Source of the DNA: Octopus bimaculoides
Lineage: Eukaryota
Reading direction: 5' to 3'
Assembly: GCF_001194135.2 (NCBI RefSeq)
Contig: NC_068982.1
Coordinates: 175,910,007 to 175,974,006 of the forward strand
DNA: 64,000 nucleotides
This document shows, piece by piece, positions 38,762 through 52,734 of the stretch. Numbering within the stretch: position 1 is the first letter of the stretch; the number at the start of each line of letters is the position of its first letter. Below the pieces are notes generated by a model. That model was not told the DNA's origin. It was given only the letters and a program-made list of their open reading frames with translations, and searched no databases. Both the position numbers and the translations under genes were made by a program.

Positions 38762-41700
38762 TATATACGACGGGCTTCTTTCAGTTTCCGTCTACCAAAT
38801 CCACTCACAAGGCTTTGGTCGACCCGAGGCTATAGTGGAAGACACTTGCCCAAGGTGCCACGCAATGGGAATGAACCCGGAACCATGTGGTTGGTAAGCA
38901 AGAAGTCGGTGAATATTACCATCTGACTAGCAAAGATGAAAAATTTTAGTAGAGAAACATAAGACTAATTGCTAATTGACAATAACACTGTAAAAAGGCA
39001 TATACCGTGGTAAGTAAAATCGCCACTGCAGTGCGGAGAAAATCAATTAGTTTAATCGAGGACAAGAAAAGGAACAGAAACAAACTTCAAAATTTAAATT
39101 AATTTAGATTGAAAGTAGACATGCAGCAGCTGATGCGTTTGATATTTTGCAATTACAATGATAAACGTGGATATGTCTTGACCCTTTTAGGCCTGCTCAG
39201 CGAAGTATAGCCTTTACTTGCTCTTTCCGGACCTTAAGATGAATAAGTTATATAATGAATAGGAAGTGTGAACAAGTTTGAAGTTGCCGCCGTGCGCCTT
39301 AAAGATCAGACTCACTCCAATACATGCCTACATTCAAATGAATTAATTTTAAAATTGTCTATTTTAAAATTGTCTATTTTAAAATTGTCTATTTTAAAAT
39401 TGATTATTTAGCTAATGTGTTTTTTCCTCTCTCTCTCAATGAGTGTAATTTCAAATTTCAATGTTTGATCAACTACATAAAGTACATTACTCCCAACTTA
39501 ACTTGTTTTTGATGCTGATGGCATCCCTGTGTAATTTCTTGCGCTGCCTTAGGCGTACATACATTTGCGTATATTTGGGTAGTAAATCGTACCCAATATC
39601 CGATTTAACTTTAACACTTGATCTCTTGTTGTCTTTAACGAAGTTCATTCACTCTTTTATAAGCATTTAAAGCAGAATTCAGATTCCCCTTTCCTCTACG
39701 CTTTTCCTGCAGACATTGACCTCTAGATGTTCGGGCAGGTCATCGACCGCATCAAATGATTTTAAAGCTGGTTGTTATTGGCATTTTATTGGAGGCAAAA
39801 ATTATGGTAACGCTGTTATGTCAGTTTCTCATTCATTACCGCCGTATTAAACAATTTTTACAACGTGTATATAAGGTTTCTTTCAGCAGTCAGGAAATAC
39901 CGTAGTATCTGATATTAACTGGTTGCTATGGTGCAGTATCTGTGTAGTGAAGTTTACATTACTTATATTTTGCTATTAATACAGCGCCTCTATAACCAGT
40001 GTGCTACTTTTTAATTGTAATCATACATACGTTGTTATGAAACGTTCTCTATATTTTTCCTATGTAGCTTCATTTTTATATTGTGCGATTAGAAAGTGCT
40101 CTATTGACTACTCGTTGTAGATGCATAGTCAGCCGGAGGGAAATTGTAACGTCTGTGTGTCTATTGTAATAGTCCCGAAGTTTACAATTTTCGTGTTTGC
40201 ATATAAAGTACATTTGGCATCTCAAGTTTACTCAGTAGCTTGCAAACTTGTATTCTATTATTGATGAGAAAGTTTTTCTAATGGCTGTGTTTAGGTAATA
40301 TATTATTAATACTACTATTAATGTAATATATTATTAGTGCTATTATTAATGTTGCTGTTTGGTTCAGTTTGATTAGGTTTTGATAACGCATTCATCTATT
40401 TTATAGCCAAGCTGTATTTGGCTCATGTAATAAATTTGTGTGTCTGTTTATTGAGTGTCTTTTTATGCTGCATTTATTGTGTTGAATTGTTTTTTTTTTG
40501 TTTTTTATATTGTTGCCGTTTTTGTTGTCTGGCTCTAGGTTAGTCTTTATTTAACAGACTTGAAATGATTATAGGTGGTCCAGCCGTGACCATCTTTCTT
40601 GTTTTCAGGAATAGTATCTTTGAGATTACAATATCCAATGTGTCCATACCAGTGGCGGCTCGTAGATAAAATTAGTAGGGGTACTGCTTCAGAAAATTTT
40701 TAGCCATTGTTTTAATATTGTGTAAAAGGAAACAAACATATAAAAAGAAAATTTATACATAAACTTGATCAGTTCGCGTTTTAGCCACTCCTCCACTAAA
40801 TCACAAAACAAGGGGGAGGAAATCTTGGCAGCAACATTGAAGCTGGGTGCAGGATGATAATCTAATTCTATACTTTATCACATTAAAAAATATAAACACG
40901 TTTTTAAGCACAACACACCTGGAATCAAAAAGAAACACTACTTTTCACTCGGCACTGTCATTCACGCAGTGCCCTCTCTCCCTAGTGTGAAGCTTCCTAT
41001 CTCGGACATGTGAGCATGGAACTGTGAAGCGCACAGTTCTATAGAAGAATTTTTGTATTTTTTTTCATAAACTAGGGGATGGCAACTGACATTAAGCTTG
41101 AGGATTATATAATTTGCAAGTATAAAGAAAGAATTAAAGAAAAAAGGACTCATATTGAGTGTTAATCGATAATATCGAGTGGAAATAGGGAGTGTTTTTT
41201 ATGTGAAGGAGACTATAAAGGAGATTTTATAACTAACATTTTATACTTATGCAGGATATTCACAGTTCCTATATATGTATAAGCATGCTTTTCGTATATA
41301 CATATGCGAAACGTATGTTGCTTATTGTAAACTTATATTCCCATATAAAATGGGTTTGTTCAGTCATCTGACGTTTTACCTTGGAAATTCTGAAGCTAGG
41401 ACGGCAACTCCCACTTTTTAGATTGCAGGTTGTTATCATTTTCTTGTGAGTCTGTGAGAATGAATATACTATCCACATAATTTGTGTAATTTGTAGTTTG
41501 ATATCACTTGACTCTCTATGTTGGATTTGTAGAATGTGTGCAATTGGGATCTATTCGTTCTTGTGAGTATATAATTTTCTTTCAAAAAAGCAGAATAGTA
41601 CCTAAGCTGTGTAATATAACTGTTTTTCCTAATGATGCTTGTGAATATTGTCTAGTATTTTCGCATGGACGATAGTGAAGGCTGGGTTATACTCTAATGT

Positions 41701-41902
41701 TTCTGAGAAATCATATAAATAACATATAGCAATTGTTTGGAAATATTATGTGGATGAATTATTCTTGGTCGGAGATGGATAATGCTTTTGTGAATTTTTA
41801 CTNNNNNNNNNNNNNNNNNNNNNNNNNNNNNNNNNNNNNNNNNNNNNNNNNNNNNNNNNNNNNNNNNNNNNNNNNNNNNNNNNNNNNNNNNNNNNNNNNN
41901 NN

Positions 41903-41946
<44 letters not shown>

Positions 41947-42289
41947 TAAATTAATCAGGGTGAGTAATTTCCATACCCTTTACTGGCCCTACCAGACTGG
42001 TAAAATTGATGTTCAGCTGGTTAACATTGAGGTGGGGGTGATTTCAGACTTCACTCCCGAAGGTAAACAAGGATCAATCAAACTTGGACGACAATGAAAG
42101 CCATTACAACTGTGAGCATGCCTGCTTTATAGGGTTATCTCAAGGCCACTGGGTCCATCGCATTATTGTATGGCATTAGAATGGTATTTTTAGGAAGTTT
42201 GGTTGGTATTTCTAGCTGGTTGAACTACAACATAGAAAAGCCTCCGTTAGCTCAAGGGTTCCATAATGGCCATAGTGATGTATGTGAGG

Positions 42290-42345
42290 AGATGTATGTG
42301 AGGAGATGTATGTGAGGAGATGTATGTGAGGAGATGTATGTGAGA
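42290..42345. repeat. 14-bp tandem repeat (GATGTATGTGAGGA) x4
   Basis: Read directly. Confidence 0.9.
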
Positions 42346-42465
42346 CAGAAACGTTGGGTAAGCAACTAAGTTTTCAGCAAAATAGTAAGACAGTCACTCA
42401 CTTCCACTAACTTTCCTGAAACTTACGGAGGAAGTAATTCCAAAAGAAGGAAAAGCTTATAGATG

Positions 42466-42631
42466 CACTAGCGTAGCTAGGGGAGGGCGGTTGGGGCGGT
42501 CCGCCCCGGGCAGCACTTTTAAGAGGGCGGCACTTTTGGGTCTGCTGTAGGCAATATGTGTTTTTTGTGGGGTTCGGGGACGGAAAACGGAAGAGCCGCC
42601 CCAGGCGGCACACACTCTAACTACGTTTGTG
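42466..42631. mobile_element. hAT-type GC-rich MITE
   Basis: Imperfect TIRs CACTAGCGTAGCTAG / CTAACTACGTTTGTG; perfect 8-bp TSD TATAGATG (42458-42465, 42632-42639). Confidence 0.85.
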
Positions 42632-42771
42632 TATAGATGGGTGTGCTTTCGCCATGAGAAATCCTCGGTAACAGAGATCAAAAATTTGGAGCGATTGTGA
42701 AGATTCTAGTTGAGTACGGCTCATAATTAAGAGGAGTGTGATGCGCTGATTCTTTTCTTGATATAAGTAGC

Positions 42772-42953
42772 TTCTCTCTCTCTCTTCTCTCTTTCTCTCT
42801 CTCTCTTCTCTCTTTCTCTCTCTCTCTTCTCTCTTTCTCTCTCTCTCTTCTCTCTTTCTCTCTCTCTCTTCTCTCTTTCTCTCTCTCTCTTCTCTCTTTC
42901 TCTCTCTCTCTTCTCTCTTTCTCTCTCTCTCTTCTCTCTTTCTCTCTCTCTCT

Positions 42954-43017
<64 letters not shown>

Positions 43018-43040
43018 CCTCTTTTTCTCTCTCTCTCTCT
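42772..43040. repeat. Pure pyrimidine tract with a 21-bp unit (TTCTCTCTTTCTCTCTCTCTC), ~9 copies, plus (CT)n
   Basis: Read directly; 7-aa periodicity in the minus-strand ORFs. Confidence 0.95.
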
Positions 43041-43198
43041 CATATACATACATACACACACACACACACATATATATATCCTTTCACCGGGCGTCAAGCT
43101 AGTACGTTTCTCATGTACGTCCTCATGTCAGTTTTTATTCGTTTACATGAATTGCTTGTTTATTTGAATTGACTATATATATATATACATACATACAT

Positions 43199-43266
<68 letters not shown>

Positions 43267-43276
43267 NNNNNNNNNN

Positions 43277-43359
<83 letters not shown>

Positions 43360-43972
43360 CACGTATATACATACATGTAAAGGTATATTCAGACGCACAT
43401 AAGCACACACACATTTGATTTTAGCTTTTACTTCAGTTTGGCTTTGTCCTTCCTAGAAGGTTCATAAAATAAATTCTAGACAAAGGACTGTGGTCGATAT
43501 TATCGTCTGGAGACACGTGAAATAGGAACTCCAGTATGGTCAGTGTCCAATGACTGAAACCAGTAAAATATAACAAAAGAATATATACACTGAAGCGATT
43601 GTAAATTTTCTTATATATGAAATAAAAGCCAAATTTTTGGGAAGAGTTCCAGCTTCTCCGGCTCTACACCTAACTCTTGTCCATGGAAAGTAAAAGATAC
43701 AAATAAACGCTAGATACAATATATAATGACAGACTTTCTTGAAAGGCAATGTACCGCACTTTGACATACAACATATAGCATAGAATAAAACTACAATATG
43801 TGTAAGACAAGCCGTCAGCATCGGTTGATATCTATGTAAAAACATTATTAATACGACAATCAACCTACACCTATCATGACTGACATATTACCGAAAGGAA
43901 TAAGACAAACACAAAGGAAAAGAAAAAGAAAACGCAATATTGAGACGATAGTGCTTTTCTTTTTCTGTTTCT

Positions 43973-43974
<2 letters not shown>

Positions 43975-44031
<57 letters not shown>

Positions 44032-44050
44032 TATTATTATCATTATTATT
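43975..44050. repeat. (CAT)n then (TAT)n microsatellite
   Basis: Read directly. Confidence 0.95.
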
Positions 44051-44571
44051 ATTTTGCCAGGGAAAAAACAAAAAAATACAAAAAAACAAACCCGATCTGT
44101 TTTATATTAAAACTCACTTGAAATGAACCAAAGAGACAGACACAACACGATCTTTCGACCTGCTAGAAATATCAGCCAAATCTTTTACTCATAGAAATAA
44201 AGGACACGTTAGATTGTATTGTTCTAGATATTCGGTGATCAATGAATAAAAAAGACTAGTTGGCTATTGTAACGCCTTCAAGCATAGATATCTGTCTACC
44301 CGATTAGCTTTGGTATGGAGCAAAACAATGACAAGAGCTAGCATCATGCCCGTCGCTAAAGGCATTGTCTCTTCACTATTCAATGATGCACCCTCTGGTT
44401 TACACAGTAAGACACATATTTCAAAACTCCACTTTAGCATTTATTACAAATTAGTGCCCACCCAGAATATTCTGGGGCACCCCGAGGCACCAAATTCTGG
44501 CGACGGGCCTATTCTTTAACTCATGGACACCGTCGATGACAAATGAACACTAGTGATAATTACAAAATGAC

Positions 44572-44623
<52 letters not shown>

Positions 44624-45788
44624 ATATATTACACGGACATAGGCGCAGGCGTGGCTGTGTGAAAAGAAGTTTACTTCCCAAGCGCACGGTTCCAGGTTCA
44701 GTCCCACTGTGTCCGACTAGAGTCTTGTGAGTGGATCTGGTAAACACAAACTAAAAAGAAGCTCTTCGCACACGCACACACACACGCACACACACACGCA
44801 CATGTTTTATTTTCTTTCTCTTAATAAAAGTAAAACAATTCATTATAAATGTAAAATACCATTCATTATGAAAAACACTATTTAAGCCATTGGCTTAATT
44901 GAATTATTTCCCTTAGCTGAGTTTCAATTCTTTTAAATACAAATAGCTGCTGGCCAAAAATTGTTCGAAACCATTTCTCTGGATGTAAAGATCGAAATAT
45001 CCGTTTATTACATAAAATGTTGGCACACTAAGAATTTTTGCCCTAGGTTTGTTGGGGGTTAAAACTCCGAGTGAGACAGTTAACTTTCATTCGATAAACG
45101 CATTTAACCACCGTACTCATTATACTGAATTCTATATCAGATAACATTTGTTCTATTCTTTTTTACTCTTTTACCTGTTTCAGTCATTTGACTGCGGCCA
45201 TGCCGGAGCACTGCTTTAAAAGGTTTTTCAGTCAAAGAAATCGATCTTAGGACGTGTTCATTTTAAGTCTAGCATTTATTCTATCGGTCTCTTTTCCCGA
45301 GGTTTCTTCCAATTTCCGTTTACCTAATCCATTCACAAGGCTTTAATCGGACCTAGGCCATAGTAGAAGACACTCGCTTAAGGTGTCACGCAGTGGGACT
45401 AAACCCGGAACCATGTGGTTGGGGAGCAAGCTTCTTACTACACAGCCACGCTATGTAGAATATATTTCTACATACTTTGCATCTCTCACATTACTACACA
45501 CACACTGCATACAAAATTGTTATGTACACTTTTCATTTAAATATAAACAATAACGTCTACTATGGAATAGAACAAAAATATTCATAGCACTTCTGCAATC
45601 AGGTCATGGACACAATTACACTGTAGATAAGGTTGATGGCACTATAAAGAAGCAAACGAAAAGTGAAGGTAACAATAATTGCATGTTCCGATAGCTATCG
45701 TGACTTGTCTGCGATATGTGATATATGCATGCAGACATCCATATATGCATACATTCGTAGACAGACAGACAGACACACACACACACAC

Positions 45789-45828
<40 letters not shown>

Positions 45829-47499
45829 NNNNNNNNNNNNNNNNNNNNNNNNNNNNNNNNNNNNNNNNNNNNNNNNNNNNNNNNNNNNNNNNNNNNNNNN
45901 NNNNNNNNNNNNNNNNNNNNNNNNNNNNNNNNNNNNNNNNNNNNNNNNNNNNNNNNNNNNNNNNNNNNNNNNNNNNNNNNNNNNNNNNNNNNNNNNNNNN
46001 NNNNNNNNNNNNNNNNNNNNNNNNNNNNNNNNNNNNNNNNNNNNNNNNNNNNNNNNNNNNNNNNNNNNNNNNNNNNNNNNNNNNNNNNNNNNNNNNNNNN
46101 NNNNNNNNNNNNNNNNNNNNNNNNNNNNNNNNNNNNNNNNNNNNNNNNNNNNNNNNNNNNNNNNNNNNNNNNNNNNNNNNNNNNNNNNNNNNNNNNNNNN
46201 NNNNNNNNNNNNNNNNNNNNNNNNNNNNNNNNNNNNNNNNNNNNNNNNNNNNNNNNNNNNNNNNNNNNNNNNNNNNNNNNNNNNNNNNNNNNNNNNNNNN
46301 NNNNNNNNNNNNNNNNNNNNNNNNNNNNNNNNNNNNNNNNNNNNNNNNNNNNNNNNNNNNNNNNNNNNNNNNNNNNNNNNNNNNNNNNNNNNNNNNNNNN
46401 NNNNNNNNNNNNNNNNNNNNNNNNNNNNNNNNNNNNNNNNNNNNNNNNNNNNNNNNNNNNNNNNNNNNNNNNNNNNNNNNNNNNNNNNNNNNNNNNNNNN
46501 NNNNNNNNNNNNNNNNNNNNNNNNNNNNNNNNNNNNNNNNNNNNNNNNNNNNNNNNNNNNNNNNNNNNNNNNNNNNNNNNNNNNNNNNNNNNNNNNNNNN
46601 NNNNNNNNNNNNNNNNNNNNNNNNNNNNNNNNNNTATATATATATATATATGCTTGTGTATGCGTATATACATGTAAATATTACATGCGTACATAGATAT
46701 GCATATTTATGAGTATATGTGTATGTTCCTATGTTCTTAAATATGCACACATCCTTACATGCATATAATTGATAGTGAGAATGGTGTGTATATTATACGA
46801 ATGGATACGATTCCCGTTTGCATTATCTATCCATATTTATATGGTTGTACATTGATAAATGTAAACAAACACCCCACATGTATGTTTGTTTGTATATGCA
46901 TGCGTGTGCGCGTAGTATAAACAAGCAAAGTTGTTGATGATCCAATTATTTCTGAATATCTATTGGGTGATTATTCTTGTGGCTGTTTTCTTTCACTTTC
47001 GCTCCGTTTTCTCTTTTAGCCTCACACACACACACACGCACACACACACACACGCACGCACACCACACACGTGCGCGCGAGCGTGTTTTCACTCTTACAG
47101 TGGAAAGAGTATAAGAGAGAAAGAGGGCGTGTGCTAGACCAGAGTGAGATAGACAAGTTTGGGCATGTACGACTAAACGCGATAACGAGAATGAGTAAGT
47201 TAGAGAGACAGATAGATAGGTTGACAAATAGATAAATAGATAATTATGTAGAGCAAGAAAGAAACCGGAAGAGAGGTGTATAAGTGCGTATGTGTGCGTG
47301 CGTGCATGACAGAGAGAAAGAAAGAGACGGAGAACGGTACATAGATATACAGGCAAAAAGAGAGTGGGTGTAATAGAGAATGAGAGATGTCCTTTTATTC
47401 TTTTGCATCGTCAATGGACTATGACTCCGTTGGGGCAATGTCTTCAAAGGTCATTGCTGATCGTGTCGACCAACCTTTTCGTCAGTTTAATACTTACTT

Positions 47500-48040
47500 A
47501 ATATTTATTCATTCACCGGTCAGCAGGTGTTCTCTGCGATTCCAGACAAGACAATGACCGTTTTCTTTGCTGGGAAAAGCTTTTTAAAACCGTGCTGAAA
47601 TCTACATTGTGAAAAGGTTTTAAAACGCGCTAGGTTTCCTGATCCAGTTGTTCAAGCGCTCAACGACAACAGGATTGGCTAAGAATCTCATTAAAACAAT
47701 CTCTCTGAAGAGTTTCCAACCACCAAAGATCTGCAACAAAATTGTACATTTGTTCCAAGACATTTTGTTCTTGTACCAAACAGACAGGTTTCACGAACTA
47801 TGAATTCCAAAGAAATTAGGAGTGGAGATAATGTATCACTTTGGTGGAGATATTTTCAACCTGTCCAAACTCCATTCCAAAGGATTGACCAAAAGATCGA
47901 GCGTTTTACTGAATTGTACGCAGACGATAATGCTTCATCAGCTTAAACATATGAAGAAACGCAGTGGTTAGTTAACGTCTTCGAACGCAGACGACTACTT
48001 TTGATCTCACCATCAACGTCCAGAAAATCTTTTTTCAATA
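47500..48040 (+). mobile_element. RTE-clade LINE RT fragment
   Basis: GVEIMYHFGGDIFNLSKL…ELYADDNA (47914-47928)…QWLVNVF…FDLTINVQK. Confidence 0.8.
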
Positions 48041-48123
48041 CCTACTCCGAAGATAAACCTTCAATATTTCAACATCACCGTCTCAAACACTCTTCGAAAC
48101 AGGAAGATTAATGCGCACGTGTA

Positions 48124-48157
<34 letters not shown>

Positions 48158-48975
48158 GTTTTAGGGAAAATAACCAATTTTCAAGAACTCATCGATGAAA
48201 ATCCACTATCACATATAGAAAAATTAATAATTAAAAGCACAATAAATGAGTATAATATAAAGTAAAGTAAATATCATAAGATAAATATAATAAATATAAT
48301 AAATATAATTATTATATTTATCTTATGATATTTACTTTACTTTATATTATACNNNNNNNNNNNNNNNNNNNNNNNNNNNNNNNNNNNNNNNNNNNNNNNN
48401 NNNNNNNNNNNNNNNNNNNNNNNNNNNNNNNNNNNNNNNNNNNNNNNNNNNNNNNNNNNNNNNNNNNNNNNNNNNNNNNNNNNNNNNNNNNNNNNNNNNN
48501 NNNNNNNNNNNNNNNNNNNNNNNNNNNNNNNNNNNNNNNNNNNNNNNNNNNNNNNNNNNNNNNNNNNNNNNNNNNNNNNNNNNNNNNNNNNNNNNNNNNN
48601 NNNNNNNNNNNNNNNNNNNNNNNNNNNNNNNNNNNNNNNNNNNNNNNNNNNNNNNNNNNNNNNNNNNNNNNNNNNNNNNATATATATATATATACTCACA
48701 TTAACATAAAGAGACATTTACATTCAGTAGTATTTCCTGCAGGAATGCAAAGCATGTATTGCATGTCTGTGACATATAACTGAATGCATATAAAAAACCC
48801 GATTTTAATATAAATCTTTAATATTCATGAGAGACAGCTGGAAAGAAGGTGCATACATTCCATATGTACACTATTTCAATTATATAGCTCTGATTTTTAA
48901 AATTGCACGATGTGGCTTAAGTACGAGGAGCTATCCCTGTTTCATACATACTCGCATACATACACACGTATGTGT

Positions 48976-49011
<36 letters not shown>

Positions 49012-49727
49012 TATGATAGATGTTATACACACATACGCACGCACATATATAAACAATCAAACAGATACGTAGATAAATTGGTATACAAAGTGATAGTAAA
49101 GGCGAGATAAGTTGGGCGACTAAGCGAGGGAGAGAGAAAGAGAGACAGAGAGAGATTAGGTAGGAGAGAGTGAGAGAGTGAGGAAGTGATATTAGAAAAG
49201 ATAAATGAATGTTGTTTCTTTTTTTTTTTATTCTGAATTGCGTATATATACAGACACTCTCCAATCAATATTCGAAAGAATTTAATTAAATTATATTTAG
49301 ATGTATGATTAAATCTAAAATGACGCTGGTAGAATGTAATTTAAGGGAAATTTGTCTGCTCCCCTCTCCCTCGTAGGTCAATCAGATAGGCGCTCTCTTT
49401 TACTCAAATATCACATAGAGTATCTTTCGTCAGCTCCTGAAAGGTTGTGGTGTTTTAGTTGTTGTTTAGCCTCAGGTCAGATTTAATTGAAAATACTTTT
49501 GAACAAAATAGCTCCAATCACGACTCTCCTATTTCTAATTTTTAATTTTTTAATTTTATTTTTGCATATCTAAAATTACATTGTCCAATGTGGATTTTAC
49601 CATTCTTAATACAGTTGCGAGTAATTTAAAATATATTTGGTTATATTTCTAGCAGAATGAGAAATTACTTAGAAGCATCTTCATGAGCTCATGGGGATAT
49701 ATTCGTAATATTTAATTATTCCTTTAA

Positions 49728-49940
49728 GGGCTGTGAACTGGCGGAATTGTTAGCAAGCCGGGCAAAATGCTTAGCGTTATTTCGTCCGTCTTTACGTTCT
49801 GAGTTCAATTTCTGCCGCCGTCTAGTTTGTCCTTTATCCTCTCGGGGTCGATAAAATAAGTACCACTCAAGTTCTGGGGTCGATATAATCGACTTACCCC
49901 CAGCCCCGAACATGTTGGCCCTGTGTCAAAATTTGAAACC
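49728..49940 (+). mobile_element. SINE family A, short-tail subtype
   Basis: Head, core and …CTTACCCCCAGCCCCGAACATGTTGGCCCTGTGTCAAAATTTGAAACC. Confidence 0.8.
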
Positions 49941-51554
49941 GATATTTAATAATGCCTTGCGATTGTGGGGATAATGATACGGGGATCTATAATGTTGTTG
50001 TCGTTGTTGGTATTAATAGTGGCGGTCGTTTTCATGGAGTTTTTTTTTCCTTTTATATTTTCTTATTTGGTTTTAAGCCCACGTCAACCACGATAAAATA
50101 CAGTACAACCAAGACTACAATATTCTGTAATTCGCAAACACGCTTATATCTCTGGTCCGTTGGGATGCTGTCTCCTCTCTCTACCTTTTCTGTTGTAATG
50201 AGTTTTGCTCCACTCAGATATTCCCATTCCACTTATTTCTCCGTCTATCATCATCCTTTTTGTATCCATCCAGCTGCTGCATAGTCAATCCTTCTCAGAG
50301 CGCTGGTCCTCTGCAGTTCTCTTCATGCATATATTTTTCCCCCGCTGCTGTTGATTTACAAAGGTTCAAGAACTTTTGTCTCATCGAGTTAAGAGAGCCT
50401 GCAAAGGCCATAGCCTCTCTTCTCCACACCCGGCAAGTAAAAAGAATAAAAGAAAGAAAAAAAAAAGTTAAAAGAAGTGATGAAGGAAATTTGGCTGCAA
50501 TCTCAACTGGTTCGAAAGACATAAAAGCATTATTGAGTGGAGGCGTACGATAGTCGAACTGGCTATATGCATGACTTACTGTTGTTGCTTTGTTCCAGGA
50601 CAGTTCCGATCGAGCAGACCTACGATCAAAGACATTAACACTGAATCATCCCATCTTATTCTTGTATATAGATTACCCAAGCCCACATAATCCAATATAT
50701 CGTTTTCTAAGAACGCTAAGGTGTTATTTGTGGCAATTTGTCAGTTACATTTAGCAAGTAGAGCGATTATGCAGTGGTTCTCTCGCTGGTTTGGTTATGT
50801 CAGAAGATGGATTAGAAAGTAAAATGGTTTTTATTTTTGTGTTTTTGTTAGGGTGGGACGATAACATAAAAATGCTTACATTTAAAAGTATTTGAATGCA
50901 TCTGTTTATACAATAGGGTGTGAGCGCGTATCTGTAAATATGTACTTGTAGATACCCAGCATGTAAACTTGTAGATACCCAGCAGGAACCAGAGAAACAT
51001 AGAAACATAGAAGGAAAGAAAATGTTATAGTGAAATTGAGAGAGGGAGAGAGAGAGGGCGTGCCGTATCTCTTATAAAGAAAATCCATAACTATATACAT
51101 CCAAAAGAGTGTAAGAATGTATGTATGTATGTATGTATGTATGTATGTATGTATGTATGTATGTATGTATGCATGCATGTATGTATGTATATATGTGTAT
51201 ATGTATGTATGTATGTATGTATGTTCGTACAGACGTATGTAAGCAAGCACGTATGCATCAGTTTCAGACTGTCTTTCTACCAGTCTGTTCGACACGCCAG
51301 TTTTGTTTTTCTTTGTATCGAAATTTCCATCCATTTTTATAAAGGAAACAGACTAAATGCAAATGTTAACAACAGTTGAATTAAAACTACAAAATTGTAT
51401 TTACTAGCATGGATATAAATGTGATCTTTGTAAGTAGACAACATGGCAACTGCAAAATTGTTCCGAGCGAAGTTATAAATCAACTCGAGCCTCTTTGGTT
51501 GTTCGAAACACGTTTTACATGCAGAAGAGACCGGAAGAATTTTGGCCAAATAGT

Positions 51555-51897
51555 AATTAGCATCATAGTCATGTGCTGAGACGAATTCTTTGGGGTTTGC
51601 ATAATCCTCTTCTAGAAACATGGGTGTTTCATACAATATCCTTAAACAAACTTTATTCAGGGTCCCTTTGAGTGAGATGGGCTACTCGACCTGAAGAAAA
51701 TTCTAACTGGGCCCCACCTGCAAGGTCATGCGCTTTTTATCTTGATATGAGATCACTATTTCGCGCACATATGGTTGTGATGCATGTGTCTGGTGTACCC
51801 TTATCAGACGGGTAGTCATGACGGGTATACTGGGCATCGGATATTTTACCCCTGTGTCACTTTGATGGCATGGACTGCTCTCTCACTCAATAATGAT
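51555..51897. mobile_element. Unclassified GC-richer repeat fragment ending in an AAT-type tail
   Basis: Abrupt compositional change; …GATGGCATGGACTGCTCTCTCACTCAATAATGAT terminus; single copy here, so repeat status is inferred. Confidence 0.45.
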
Positions 51898-52043
51898 ATT
51901 AACGTGTGTGTACATGAGTGTACATACGAGTGGCATACTGTATAGCTCAATTTTCTTGTCTTTTAAAAGCAATATTGTCAAGTGGATGTATATATGCTTG
52001 TATTTCTCTCTTTCTCTTTATATACACACACACTCGTACGTGC

Positions 52044-52079
<36 letters not shown>

Positions 52080-52097
52080 GCACGCACACACACATAA

Positions 52098-52140
<43 letters not shown>

Positions 52141-52606
52141 TTCTTTTAAACTTGAACGTCATTTTTAAAACAACATTGAAAAATAAATTCTTGAAAACCG
52201 GTATGGCAAATTAAAAGTTTTATAAGATATTTATAAAACTACAATTTGCTTTGAAACCAATGTATATTTTCATTTCCAAAACCCACTCTTCTAACATGCG
52301 TGTAGGTTAGAAGTTGATAAGCGATTTGATTTGGCTATATCAACTTAACTCCATAGCAAAATGTGGATGGAGCCCAACAGAGTCTGAGGCGGTCGTACGG
52401 ATGAGAGGGCAAAGAGGCCCTCAACAAGTTAAGCCAGGTTTAACAACTTCCAGTTGAGTTCAGTTGCATGGAACCGAATCAGACTTTTTTAACCAATAAT
52501 ATATGGAATTCCCACGGAATGTATTGAGTGCTACTTTTTTTCGTTTGTCCACCAAACCGTATATATATTTCAATCGTATCTAAAAGTTTAAAATTTATTG
52601 TGTGTG

Positions 52607-52712
52607 TGACTGGGGAAGAGTAGCGCCTTACACCCTTAATAGAGCCTGCTCGACAACCGAAAGGAAGTTATAACCTGATCAGTGACTTGATCCGAATTTT
52701 TGCAACAGACTG
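52607..52712. repeat. ~106-bp direct repeat, second copy at 58927-59032
   Basis: TGACTGGGGAAGAGTAGCGCCTTACACCC…CAGACTG; 4 substitutions between copies. Confidence 0.9.
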
Positions 52713-52734
52713 TACTATCAGTACGGAATGTTTT

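Noticed and set aside
41281-41323. AT-rich 18-bp imperfect hairpin
   Set aside because: Many wobbles in low-complexity sequence; expected by chance
43480-43540. Protein-like frame TKDCGRYYRLETREIG with a donor site
   Set aside because: The sequence is a degenerate SINE C tail
48250-48352. Perfect 42-bp AT-rich inverted repeat
   Set aside because: It ends exactly at a gap; probably a fold-back read or assembly artefact until long reads confirm it
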